Made by a program: the position numbers and the translations under genes. Shown here piece after piece: positions 1 to 10,884 of a stretch of 33,131 bases of DNA (the stretch's first letter is position 1; every line of letters starts with the position of its first letter). A model generated the notes under the pieces. The model saw only the letters and a list, made by a program, of their open reading frames with translations. It ran no database searches and was not told the origin of the DNA. This DNA comes from Chiloscyllium plagiosum (Eukaryota), in the NCBI RefSeq assembly GCF_004010195.1, contig NC_057754.1, positions 5,002,773 through 5,035,903 of the forward strand. Reading direction: 5' to 3'.

Positions 1-767
1 ATAGTCTGTACACTGTTGTGTTTATTGAAGAACGATTATTCTACAGTGCAAAAATGCCTGTAATCTTGAACTAAACCCAGAAACTATGCATGAAACTATC
101 CTGTTACCTTTGGGGAGAGAGCAGGATGTCAACAAGACTAATCCAGAATGAGATGTGAAAGTCTTCCCTGTTTCCAGGCTATAAGACCCCTGAGAGAAAT
201 AAGTTAGTATAGCCTCAGCTTAGTTCCAGTTGAGGACATAAAACTGTTTTCAGTTTTCTTTTCAATTTCATAGATTTCCGCAGAATACAAGGCAAGAAAC
301 ACAAAGTTCAGCCCACTGGACTGTGCTGATGATTGTGCATCACTCTGGCTTTCACCAACTGACTTCATTGAATCCTTTCACCCAGGGACACTGTGCTGTT
401 GCTTGGACGTTGAAGCAACAGTTTTCAGTTTTAAAATCAATTGACACGACAAAGACAAGGGTCATTTGGCCCATTATGTCTGTACCAACTTTGGCTGAAC
501 GTTGGAATGAGTTGTGTTTGCTCTATCTTTGCCACAGCCTTGAAATGTTTATTCCCTTCATGCATTTATCCACTTTACTTTTTAAGACTACCAATGAATC
601 TACTACAATCACAATTTTTAGCACACTCCAAATCATCACAAATTGCCATGCCTTTTTTTAAATGTTTTCTCATGTTGCCTCTGGTTCATTTGCTAATTAC
701 CTTCAGACGTGATTCGTTTTGTACTTTTAAGTAAATACAGTACCTTTCCCAAGTGTATCTCCAAACA

Positions 768-1095
768 GGGGCTGCAATTGCCTAGTGATATTATCACTGG
801 ATAATTATTCAGATTTGAATCCTGCCATGACAGAGGGTGGAATTTGAACTCAAGAGAAATAAAATCTGGAACAATGAGTCTAACATTGACGACAAAACTA
901 TTGTTGATTGTTGGAAAAACCCATCTGGTTCACTAATGTCCTTTAGAGAAGGAAACTGCCATCTTTACCTGATCAGGTCTACACGTGACTCCAGACCCAC
1001 AGCAATGTGGTTGACTCTTAAAACTGCCCTTTGGGCAATTATGGATTGGCAATAAATGCTGATCTGCCCTCATCTCATAGATGAATTTTAAAAAA
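768..1095 (+). mobile_element. Deu-domain SINE (SacSINE1-like)
   Basis: Contains ctggttcactaatgtcctttagagaaggaaactgcc...gtgactccagacccacagcaatgtggttgactctt...ggcaataaatgctg, shared with five other copies in the window; A-rich tail. Confidence 0.8.
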
Positions 1096-1260
1096 CATAT
1101 ATTTAGGTAAATCACATATTCACTGACCAATTGAAGCAAATCTTATTATATTTTATTCAGCCTATTGACGATTGTACTGAATGAGTTGGAGCTGGTAAAA
1201 CTGTCTTTTCTCTCTCAATGTTTAATGCCTCCTCCTTCCCTATCCACACCCAATCCCCAG

Positions 1261-1457
1261 TAATGGAGGTTCTCCAGTTTGGTCGGGATGCAACAGTTGC
1301 TGAGGCCTGGCTGGCAACTCAAGAGCCATACGTCAGAGCAGCCGACATAGGAAGTAACGTAGATGATGCTGAGAACCTGATCAAGCGTCACGAAGAATTT
1401 GAGAAGTCAGCTGCTGCTTGGGAAGAGCGTTTCCTGGCCCTGGAGAAACTGACAACA
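1261..1457 (+). CDS. SPTBN2: Beta-spectrin (beta-III-like) internal exon: final partial spectrin repeat (tetramerisation region); gene continues upstream of the window
   Basis: Acceptor ...caatccccag|ta at 1260/1261 and donor aca|gtgagt at 1457/1458. Encodes [65 protein letters not shown], matching the beta-spectrin repeat-17 pattern FxRDAxxAEAWL..QEP....LIKRHEAFEKSAxxWxERF. Confidence 0.93.
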
Positions 1458-1519
1458 GTGAGTGTCCCACTACTTCCTTCTTATTTTCTCCCCAGCGTCT
1501 ACCTCACTTTTATCTCAAC

Positions 1520-1725
1520 CTACCAGCACATCCTTCTATTCCTTTCTCTCTATTCTTCCCCTCAAACGTATCTGTACTAGTGGTAGCAAGTACCACATTC
1601 TTTCCATATCATGCGGAAATAATTTCTCCTGAAGTCCTTTGTTGGATTTATTAGTGACTATCTTGGATTATGGTCCCTAGTTGTGGTCTCCCCTAGAAGG
1701 AGTAATATTTTCTGCTACGTCCACT
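1520..1725 (-). mobile_element. Degenerate CR1 LINE 3' fragment
   Basis: Resembles the reverse complement of the CR1 ORF2 end and 3' UTR seen elsewhere in the window (ttccacattc...tttctcctgaa...tatggtccctagtt). Confidence 0.55.
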
Positions 1726-1919
1726 CTGAAGTGCCCAGTAATGACAGCAGACTATTTAACTGTGTACACCATCCTATCCATTTTAAAAATCTACATGTGT
1801 GTGCACGTTAAAGCAGATAGTTACTAGATGTCAGTCAGAATAGGGAACCCTGTGTTGATTTAGTCCCTTTTAAGACCATAGATTTTCAGCCTTTTGTGTA
1901 TAGTTTTTGCCTTGTCAGA

Positions 1920-2283
1920 AGTTTTGGCCGAGTAGTATTATCGCTGGAACGTTAATCCAGGGACCCGGTCATGTTCTCGGGACCAGGATTTGAATTCTGC
2001 TATGGCAGATGGTGTAATTTGAATTTATTTAAAAAAAAGACTGGGACTGATTGTCTAATGATGACCACAAAACCATTGCCAATGGTCAGGAAAAGCCCAT
2101 CTGGTCCACTATGTCATTTAGGGAAGGAAACTGCCATCTTTACCTGGTCTGGCCTACATGTGACTCCAGATCCACAGAAATGTGGTCGACTCTCAACTGC
2201 CCTCTGGACAGTTAGGGATGGGCAATAAATGCTGGCCTAGCCAGTGACACACTTAGCTTGTGAACAAATTTTTAGAAGAACAT
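1920..2283 (+). mobile_element. Deu-domain SINE (SacSINE1-like) with 16-bp target-site duplication
   Basis: Same core as 768-1095. Flanked by tttttgccttgtcaga at 1904-1919 and 2284-2299. Confidence 0.85.
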
Positions 2284-2514
2284 TTTTTGCCTTGTCAGAG
2301 GTCAGCTACCTTGTCTTAAAGGGGTCAACTCCAGGACCCAGTCTCTCTGCTGCTCAGTAATTGTAAAGAAAACTGTGCTTTTCCTATATTTGATTCTGCC
2401 ACCATAACACATGGTTATATGTAGTAGTGATTTATTTTATTTCATGTTTCTTAATCAATGGAAAATAGCTGGACAAATATATTTTTGTGAAGAACTGGTG
2501 CCCTTTCCATAGAA

Positions 2515-3210
2515 TTATAGAAAGTGTACAGCACACACAAAGTCCACTTGGCCCATTGTGTTTGCTGAGAAACAAGCCACCCAGCCTAATCCCACTTTGC
2601 ACCATTTGGACCGTACTTTTGCAGATTACAACACAAGGTGCGTCACTAGGCACTACTTAAATGAGTCACATACCTCTGCCTTTGTTATTCTTCCCAATAG
2701 TGAATTCTAGACTCACACCTCCCTCTGGGTGAGAAACAAATTCTTCATCTCTCCTTACTTTTCTATCAGTTATTTTAAATCTGTGACCCCTAGTCAATGA
2801 CCTCTATGCAAAGATAAACAGACCCTTTCCATCCACTTTATTCAGGCCCCTCACAATTTTGTGCATCTCAATTAAATGTCCCTTCAGTCAGTTCTGTTCC
2901 AAGGAAAACAACCTCAGTCTATCCAATCTTGCTTCATAACTGCATTTTTCCAATCCTAACAACATGCTCAAAAATCTCCTTTGTGCCCTGTCTAGGGCAA
3001 TTGCATCCTTTCTGTCATGAAGTAACGAGAACTGCACACAGTACACACGTTGTGACCTAACTCATGATTCATTCACTTCCAGCATAACCTCCATGCTTTT
3101 GCATTTTACCTTGACTAATAAAGGCAAAGATTCCATATGACTTCATAACTTTATCGACCTGTCCTGGTACATTCAGGGATCTGTGGACATTTGCTCCAAG
3201 GTCCCTCTTC
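2515..3210 (-). mobile_element. CR1 LINE 3' fragment
   Basis: Starts with the atagaaagtgtacagcacac...ggccc tail, followed by antisense CR1 ORF2 motifs (gaactgcacacagtacac, ttatcgacctgtcctgg, ccaaggtccctc), similar to 32345-33131. Confidence 0.8.
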
Positions 3211-3691
3211 TGCATTACTGAAGCTGGATAGGTGAGCAAAAATTGATACTGGCAAGTCCAGAATACTCACACTGCAACAGTAGCAGGGGAGCCTCTGGAG
3301 AGGGAAGGAATGTGCAGTTGAGGTAGAAGATCAGCTATGATTTTATTGAATCATGGGGCCAGTTTAATGCGGTATTGTATTTCCCCCATGTTCTTCCCAG
3401 GGGTCTGGAGTTGTGCACCTTAACTGCAAACTCCAAACTGCTCTGCATACACCTTGGTTGAAGACTACATGATGGAACATGGCAGGGTTTGGAAGCTTGG
3501 CAGCAAAGCAGAAAAGAAAAATCTGAACATCATTGAGTTGTTCCTTCTTTGGAAAATATCCTTAACTGCTGGGACATTTTCCAAACTGTCAGGTGTGCGT
3601 GCATTCCAAACAACAAATAGTGTTCACCTCTGCTACAGGATGTCTTTGTTTCATTGACAACAGTGCCTTAACATCCTACCTTTTGTTTCAG

Positions 3692-3843
3692 CTGGAGCAA
3701 CAAGAAATCCGGCGTAAACAGGAGGAGGAGGAGAGAAAGCGAAAGCCACCTCCACCACCTTCGCCCCCCACACCGCATGTCTCCGTGACAACTGAAGAGA
3801 ACGCTGAGACGACAAGTCAGGCTCTGCAGAAAGAATCAGCACG
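3692..3843 (+). CDS. SPTBN2: Beta-spectrin exon: charged helix plus proline-rich linker
   Basis: Acceptor ttttgtttcag|ctg, donor gcacg|gtaaaa; 152 nt, phase 0 to 2. Encodes LEQQEIRRKQEEEERKRKPPPPPSPPTPHVSVTTEENAETTSQALQKESA(R), similar to LE..E.RR.QEEEERKR.PP of beta-II/III. Confidence 0.92.
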
Positions 3844-4913
3844 GTAAAAGCACCCACCAGCCTGATCTTTAGCAGTTTGGATAAGTTCCCATCAAATATG
3901 GACCAAGTGTGGTCCTTTCTAGATGCCTTGGCTTCCAAATTATTTTATGTATTGTTGGGCAAAGCCAAACTCACTAAAGGCTTACTTCTGCACAGTTCCT
4001 TTGATGTTGTGAATGCAACTTCAAAGTAAAAGGATGCATGAAAGTGATCACACATAAGTACAATAAGTTAGCAAGCATTTGTGATTTTATCAATCAAGTA
4101 TGGTCTGTTTCTGATGACAACAGGAGGGAATACGTGCAGGCAGCAGTGGTGAAAGAGCATTAATGCCCTCTACTGGTCGACTGAAAGCTAAGCCACCTAC
4201 AACGAAGATCTAAGTTTTCCTGTTACAAGTGACAAGGGTACTTACAGACAGGTTCATGTGTTTTGCAAAGACAGGTCTCCCTCCTCAACCTTTCCTGGAG
4301 GAACCCTGAAAAATTAAAGTCAGTATAATGCAATGTTTGGTGTGATATGGTAATTACCATCCTCAGTTAAAGAAGATTTTAATAAGATTTGTGCACTGCT
4401 TATGGTCCCATACTCCAGATGCAATGCATCAGCATGACTCAGCGACCAGGCAGGCAGCTTAATCCCAGGCCTTTGCTATTCTTGGTGTATCAGCTGCTCC
4501 CAGCAGGTTTAGAAGCACTGCCACCTCTTCATGTTTTATAACCTCTTAATATTTGAGGTTTTATAACCTCTTAACCTCTCCGATGTTTCTGTTGCGCTTT
4601 CAAACCCAGAGACTGAACTTGAATCAAACCAATGGGAAAGAAATTTGTTCAGTCTTTATAGCTGAGAGGTTTCTATTTGTAATTACCAGGATGGATTCTT
4701 TAAATTAGCAGACAGATCACAAACACCCGTAAAGTATAAAAGCAGGCTGTGTGCCCGCAAAGTGTTTCAACAGCTAATTTATTTGTAAAGGTGCCAGCTC
4801 GTGGAAGATGTTTTATACAGCATCAGTTAAAAATGATATGGAACTGGTACACTCTCACCAGAAATGTCTTTACTCTTTTACTGTCATTGATTTGGGGGTT
4901 TTATTATTTTTAG

Positions 4914-4986
4914 GGATGGTGAGATAGTGAATCACTTGGAACCCATTGCTCAGAATGGAGTGCACTCGGATATGGAGTCACCACAG
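4914..4986 (+). CDS. SPTBN2: Beta-spectrin short linker exon (absent from the ORF track)
   Basis: Acceptor ttattatttttag|g, donor ccacag|gtgagt; 73 nt, phase 2 to 0, which exactly bridges the neighbouring exons. Encodes (R)DGEIVNHLEPIAQNGVHSDMESPQ, resembling beta-II SQNGLPAEQGSPR and beta-III VNGVCTDGEPSQ. Confidence 0.88.
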
Positions 4987-5169
4987 GTGAGTTATAAAAC
5001 TGTCTCTGTTAACCACTTGTTGGGAACTTCTCGTCCATGCAAGGCAGCACTGGGGCACTGAGAGTGTACAATTTGCATCATTAGGACCCATGTGCTCAGA
5101 AGCGTGCAACAGGGACCACATGGAGTCTTTGAATGCCACTCCCTCTGTGGTTTCTCCCCTCTTTGTCTT

Positions 5170-5475
5170 TGTAGCCTACTCCAACTCTGTAAACCAGAGA
5201 GCCCTGCACTCCTCCAGTTCTGGCTTCTTGCGCATCCTCAGTTTTAAACCATCTTCCATTGAACACTGTACCTTCAACAGCCTGGACCCTAAGCTCTGCA
5301 GTTCCATTCTTAACTTCTCCACCTTTCTTTCCTCATTTATACCATACCTACATGACCAAACCTTTGATCACTTCTGCTAATGTGCCTTTTATATCACTGT
5401 ATCATGTTCTATCTCCTAAAGCTCCTATGGGGCACCATTGTCCAAATCACAACATGAAAATCCAGTATTAAAACA
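5170..5475 (+). mobile_element. L2-clade LINE 3' end, degenerate
   Basis: tctggcttcttgcgcatcc...accttcaacagcctggaccctaagctctgcagttcc...gaccaaacctttgatcac resembles the L2 ORF2 terminus and 3' UTR. Confidence 0.6.
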
Positions 5476-5959
5476 TCAAGGTACAGAGTTGAACCTTGAG
5501 GTTGTACTTGTGTAGCCGAAATCTGTCTGACCTTTTTTAGTTGAATGTTCAATAGTTGTTGCACATGTAACCATAACCTTCAACTGGCTAGACTTTGTTC
5601 ATTTCATAACACACTTTTCCTTGGTTATAATGGGTGTCACTCCATTCTTTCAGCCTTTAGAAGATATCAGACAGTTGAGAGATGGTGTAGCTTCATCTGT
5701 GACTGTGACTGTAAGTGCTTTCTACTTCTTGCTACTTTTTCTTCCTGGTTTCTTTCATTTTACCTCTGCTATATATACTGCTGAAATTAGAGACCGAACT
5801 GGCTGAAGCTCTTTCCTCTATGAATACTGAGGCAGTGCCAAGTAGAGATCTTCAAAGATTAGAGCTCGTAAGGGTAAGCTTAGAGTTGGTATTTCCATCG
5901 TGGAAGCATTCAAAACCAAGGGCTCCAATTATAAGATGATCGTGAATCAATTCACTAAT

Positions 5960-6310
5960 GAAGCATACAAAATTATTACACTGCTTATCAGGGAGATGCA
6001 GGAAGGATGTGTCCCTTGACTGGTGGGATCTAGAACCCAAGGATGCAGTATGAAAATAAGCTGAAGCCCTAGTTCACGACTGATATAAGAAGGAAATCCT
6101 TCACTGAGGACAATCTTTGGAACTCTCTATTGCAGTGGACTATGGGGCTCATTCATTGAGTATGTTCAGTACACACAGCGTTGGATTTCTAGATCTTAAA
6201 AATGCTAAGAGATAAGGGGATGATGCAGGAAGATCTCGTTGAGATAAAAGATCTAGTTGAGTAGTGGAGCAGCCTTGAGGGTCCACATGGCCTACTCTCA
6301 TTTCCTGTGT
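5960..6310 (+). mobile_element. CR1 LINE 3' fragment
   Basis: ggtgggatctagaacccaagg...ccttcactgagg...ctttggaactctct...gtggagcagccttgagggtccacatggcctactc, a CR1 terminal pattern. Confidence 0.65.
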
Positions 6311-6844
6311 TCAATAAGGAATGCAGGAGAATCTTCTTCGCCCACTGTTACTTGCCCACATACACTACCTACAAGTTGAAGTTTCTACATATGCGCAGCC
6401 ACTTAAGTAAGTTACTCACGTCCTTGAAACAGAAAAGTGAATGTTAGTGGTGAGAATGTGGAACCCCCAAGCATGAGAAGTAATTGACCCAAATAAAATA
6501 GATGCATTTCAGAGTGAGCTGAATAAATACATGAGAAAGAAGGGAATAGAAGGCAATATGGACAAGGAGAGATAAATGAAGGAGGATGGGATGGGAGGTA
6601 CTGTGCAGGTGTATTTCCGGGTCATTTTCCCCAGCAAGAGGGGGTACGTCAGTGGCTGTTTCTGTTATAAATGAGGACATGGGATTTTCAGTTGGAAATA
6701 TCAATTTTAAGACTGAATAATTTTAAAAGGAGGGCTGAGTAATGTCTGTAAACCCTGGTCTTTTTATGCCATACCCTGTAACCTTCCATTTCCTCATGCA
6801 AAACTACATTTTGTTCTCACTTGACTCTGAATTTTGTTTTTATT

Positions 6845-7162
6845 TATTTATTCATGGGTTGAGGGCTAGACCAGCATTTATTGCCCATCCCTAATTGCCA
6901 AGAGAGCAATTAAGAGTCAGCCACATTGCTGTGGGTCTGGAGTCACATATAGGCCAGACTTGGTAAGGACAGCAGGTTCCTTTCCGGAAAGACATTAGTG
7001 AACCAGCAGGGTTTTTCCCAGACAAGCTACAATGGATTCACAGTCATCATTAGACTCTTATTTCCAGATATTTATTGAGTTCAAATTCCACCATCTGCCA
7101 TGGCAGGATTTGAACCTAGGTCCCCAGAACATTAATTGTCTAGCAATAATACCACTAGGCCA
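6845..7162 (-). mobile_element. Deu-domain SINE (SacSINE1-like)
   Basis: Reverse complement of the 768/1920 family (ccagcatttattgcccatccctaattgcc...ccacattgctgtgggtctggagtcac), with a B-box-like ggttcaaatcc on the minus strand. Confidence 0.85.
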
Positions 7163-7194
7163 TTTGCTGATGGGATGTGGGAATTGCTGGTTAA

Positions 7195-7530
7195 GGTAAT
7201 AGCCTGTCCTAATTACTCCTTCAATTAAGTGCCTTGATACAGCCATTTCAAAGGGCAGAAAAGAATCATCCCATCATTGTTGTGGGTCTTGAGTCACATG
7301 TAGGCCAGACCAGAGAAAGAAAACTGGTTTCCTTCACTAAAGGATATTAGTGAACCAGGTGGATCTTTATGATAATCAACAGCAGCTACACAGTCACAAT
7401 TGGGCTAGTTTTTAATTCCAGACTCTCTTCAACTCAAATTTCACCGTCTTCCAAGCTGGTATTTGAGCCTACATCCCCAGAACGCTAGCCTGGGCTTCTG
7501 AATCATTAGTGCATTGACATTATCACTGTG
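7195..7530 (-). mobile_element. Deu-domain SINE, more diverged copy adjacent to the previous one
   Basis: cattgttgtgggtcttgagtcacatgtaggccagacc...ccttcactaaaggatattagtgaaccag. Confidence 0.75.
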
Positions 7531-8920
7531 CCAGTGTCTTGTAAAAGAATTGCTTGCTTAAAACCCATACTCCCTGTCAATATTTCACACTCACTGATTC
7601 AGTTTGTGAACTGGCTCAAAACAAAGAAACAATCAACCAAAGACAGGTAAATTTTCTGAGAAAATCAATAATGCTGATGTCAAGCAATCTTTTAAAACCA
7701 CCCAATTCTCAGTGCTTGGAACAGCTTCTCACCCCTGCTATTCAGTAAAATTGTGGGTGATCTGTATCTTATCTTTTATCTACATGCCTTGGTTTTGTAA
7801 CCCATAATACTCTTATGCCACAAAATTCTATCAAATATTGTCTTCAACATTCAGTGTCAAGGTATTTCAGTGTGAGTGGAGTGGGGTTGTGAAAAAGAGT
7901 TCTAGCTTACTATCACCTTTCAGGTCAAGATGTGCCTCTTAAAAGTCCTATCTCAAAATTTAAGGTCACGACAGTCTGTTTTTATTTTCAAATCTGAACT
8001 AATTCGATCAGCAAATAAAGTTCCACTTTACCTGAATTCAAGATATACCTAAAAGAAGACTATTATCAGAGTAAACTCAAGGTGTGTCTATTTCCAGCAA
8101 ATAGGTCTTGTGATCTAAAGGCATGTCACTGCACTGTAGTGGAAAAATCAAACACTTCTCTCTGTAGGTTCTAATTTTCTTACTTAAAAGGGAAAAACAG
8201 CAGTGTAAAATCTGCCAACCTCGTTTTGTTTTGTTGAATTATTATGATTTGGACACCAAGGAAGGTGTTGTGATTTTGGGTTTTCTTTTTCCACGTTCTG
8301 GTCAGTCTTGTCTTTCCTGTGCAGTTTCCTCTTGCCCACCAGGTGGTGATCTCAGCTGATGAAATCCACAACCTCTCAGGTTGCAGTCGAAACCAGTTGC
8401 AGGTTCTTGGGGTGGTTAAATAGTACTCGAGCTGCAGGGCCTCGAACATGCCCTAATCACTTTGCATCATATTACTTAGAGGAACTGGTATGGTTGTGCA
8501 CCTAAGTCATGCATGCACAAGCCTTTTTATAAAATTAATTATTTAGTGTATTTGGGCACCTTGCAGAACATGATGACCTGACCTGCAGCTTCTCCTTACA
8601 AAATGAGTGTGAAGATAATCTAAGGGCCTAGGCCACTGAGAAAGAAATGAGATTGTTGCCAAGTTTTCATGTCTCAAATGTTTCTCCAAGCAATAGATTT
8701 TTTTCTGCTTCGTCTTCACTTCTGTATTTCTCTATTTGTCAGTATTTTCCTTCATTTTCTCATGTCGCTGCTATTTAAAAGACACGGTGCAAATATGCTG
8801 TGGACAGACCGATTTTGGGCTTTCTGGCAGAGTCAGTACCAAAAAGGAGTTCAGTAAGTGGTCACCTGAATGGCTTTGGATGCATTCATTAATAATGTCA
8901 TGCCTTTAGGGCCCTCTTGT

Positions 8921-9002
8921 GGTGCAGTGGTAGTTTCCCGATTCCTGGACTGAAGAGACCCAGTGTGTAATAACATCTCTGAACCGGTTAATTAGAAAAA
9001 TA
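8921..9002 (+). mobile_element. Short tRNA-derived SINE, internally deleted
   Basis: ggtgcagtggtagt A-box-like head and a tgtgtaataacatctctgaac..ttagaaaaata tail; related to the units at 24597-24790. Confidence 0.55.
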
Positions 9003-9104
9003 GGTTAATAAAGAAAAAGCAGTACATACATTACAGGACTTATATATAGCTGCAGGTATCAGTTTTCCATACCATCCTGACAGAACTATTTCATTTTCTT
9101 TTTA

Positions 9105-9415
9105 AACTTTGTTTATGTGGAAGCCCCTGGCTAATTGCCCTCCATTTCAGAGGATAATTAAGAGTTGACCACATTTTTTTGGATTTGGAGGCCAGACTAA
9201 GGATCGCAGATTTCCTTTCAAAAAGGACTTTAGTGAACTAGATGGATTTTTATGACAATCTTTGATAGTTTCATAGTCACTATTACTTGCAACTAGTTTT
9301 ATATTCCAGATTTTATTTACTGATTTTGAAGTCCCCCAGTTGTGGTGGGATTTGAGCCTGTGTCCCTTGGGCCTTCCCATTTCTGGTCCAGTCACGTTAC
9401 ATTGCATTGCCATCA
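9105..9415 (-). mobile_element. Deu-domain SINE, degenerate
   Basis: attaagagttgaccacatt...gcagatttcctttcaaaaaggactttagtgaactagatggattttt...gtggtgggatttgagcc. Confidence 0.7.
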
Positions 9416-10011
9416 CCCTAATTGCCCTTGAGAAAGCATTGATGAATTGCTTTATTGAGCCATTGCAGTGTCTCTGTGTGGCAGATTGTATATTAGATTG
9501 CTTTCTTGCTATCTGATCTTTCTAATCCATCCTGGGGGAGTACAGTCAATCTGGAAAACACACAGGTTATCATGAATAAAGTTTCAATTAGTATCCTAAA
9601 CATTAGCCAGTCTAGCAGTCTGGGCTGGTAACGTAGCCCTACATCTTGGACCAGCTTACTGCTGAAGTGCACTTTCTGTCAAAAATCAGACTAAAGAACA
9701 CTCACAAGGAGGGCTTATTCTCTTTCCAAATCTCACATTTCTCCACACAGCAATACAATACCCTCAGAATCTACAGTCATGAATTTACTGCCCTCCCTTT
9801 GACTATTGTTAGGTTGAGTGACAACCTCCAGTACCTTGACATTTATCCTTTTGAGCCTAAATAATGAATGATATTTGATGTTAGAAATCATATTGGACTT
9901 CAATTAGTCTGAGCTCAGTTCCCAGTGGACATGTGCCTTTATTGATACAAATTCATAATTTCATGCAGAGGCCACAAATAATCTGAGAACTAGGCAAAAA
10001 AAAGCTAGACC

Positions 10012-10250
10012 TCCCCTAGGATTGTTTGATGGGGACAGTACAGTTAGAGCTTTACTCTGTATCTAACTCCGTGCTGTATCTATCCTGACAGTGTTTGATG
10101 GGGATGATTTAGAAAGAGCTGTGTCTAACCGCAATGTTACACCTGTCCTGGAGCGTTTGTTGGAGAAACTGTAGAGAGAGCTTTACTCTGTATCTAATTC
10201 TGTGGTGTATTTTGCCTGGGACTGTTCATTGGAGGCAATGTGGAAGGAAC
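10012..10250. repeat. Degenerate ~60-67-bp minisatellite, about 3.5 units
   Basis: Recurring gtttgatgggga..cagt.tagag..agctttactctgtatctaac...gtgctgtacctgtcctgg unit; agctttactctgtatctaa occurs near 10048 and 10179. Confidence 0.8.
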
Positions 10251-10613
10251 TTCAATTTTTTTGTATTTAATTTGCTGCTAATTGTAGAGGCCACAAATAA
10301 TTTCAGAATTAGACAAGTGCCAATGTGCTGTGCCTGCCTTGGGATTTTTAAAATTTGATGTACACAAAATTCAAACAAAAAAAGTTTGCAATATAGGGTA
10401 TTTCATCAACAAGCAATAGGCTGAGCCTGCATGGCCTGGTATCTCTTTGACATATATAATGGTGGATCACTGATGATGTAAAGTAAGTTATCTCTAAACA
10501 TGCAATAAGAGATACGAATATTATATTATCCTTTAGGCATGGAAATTTTAATCGGCATTCTGATGGCAGAATTGCCCTGATCCCAGGTCTGATGATTTTA
10601 CCATTTTCTCCAG

Positions 10614-10828
10614 GTCAGTGAAGCATCAGAACCTGTTAATGGGACGAGTGCAGCCCCAGAAGCAAAAGGGGACTATAGTCCTGTCAAGAAAACACCGCAA
10701 TCATCTCCACGCCCAGGGTCTGTTAGCACCCTTCTCAGCAAGGCACAGGATACAGCTACCATACAGCTCGAGGGTATTTTATGTCGCAAGCATGAATGGG
10801 AGTCACACAACAAGAAAGCCTCTAGCAG
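10614..10828 (+). CDS. SPTBN2: Beta-spectrin exon: linker and start of the PH domain (the track ORF at 10618 is in the wrong frame)
   Basis: Acceptor ccattttctccag|gtc, donor agcag|gtaggc; 215 nt, phase 0 to 2. Encodes VSEASEPVNGTSAAPEAKGDYSPVKKTPQSSPRPGSVSTLLSKAQDTATIQLEGILCRKHEWESHNKKASS(R); EG.L.RKHEWE.HNKKASSR is the spectrin PH N-terminus. Confidence 0.93.
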
Positions 10829-10884
10829 GTAGGCTTCTAACAGTTATATACTTATGCTGCTATTCCCCTTCCAGTGGGATTGAG

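Noticed and set aside
4533..4574. 17-bp direct repeat gttttataacctcttaa
   Set aside because: Small local slippage duplication with no further structure.
10012..10250. Repeat-spacer-like array resembling CRISPR
   Set aside because: Vertebrate intron; the whole unit is repeated with decay and there are no unique spacers or cas genes. It is a minisatellite.
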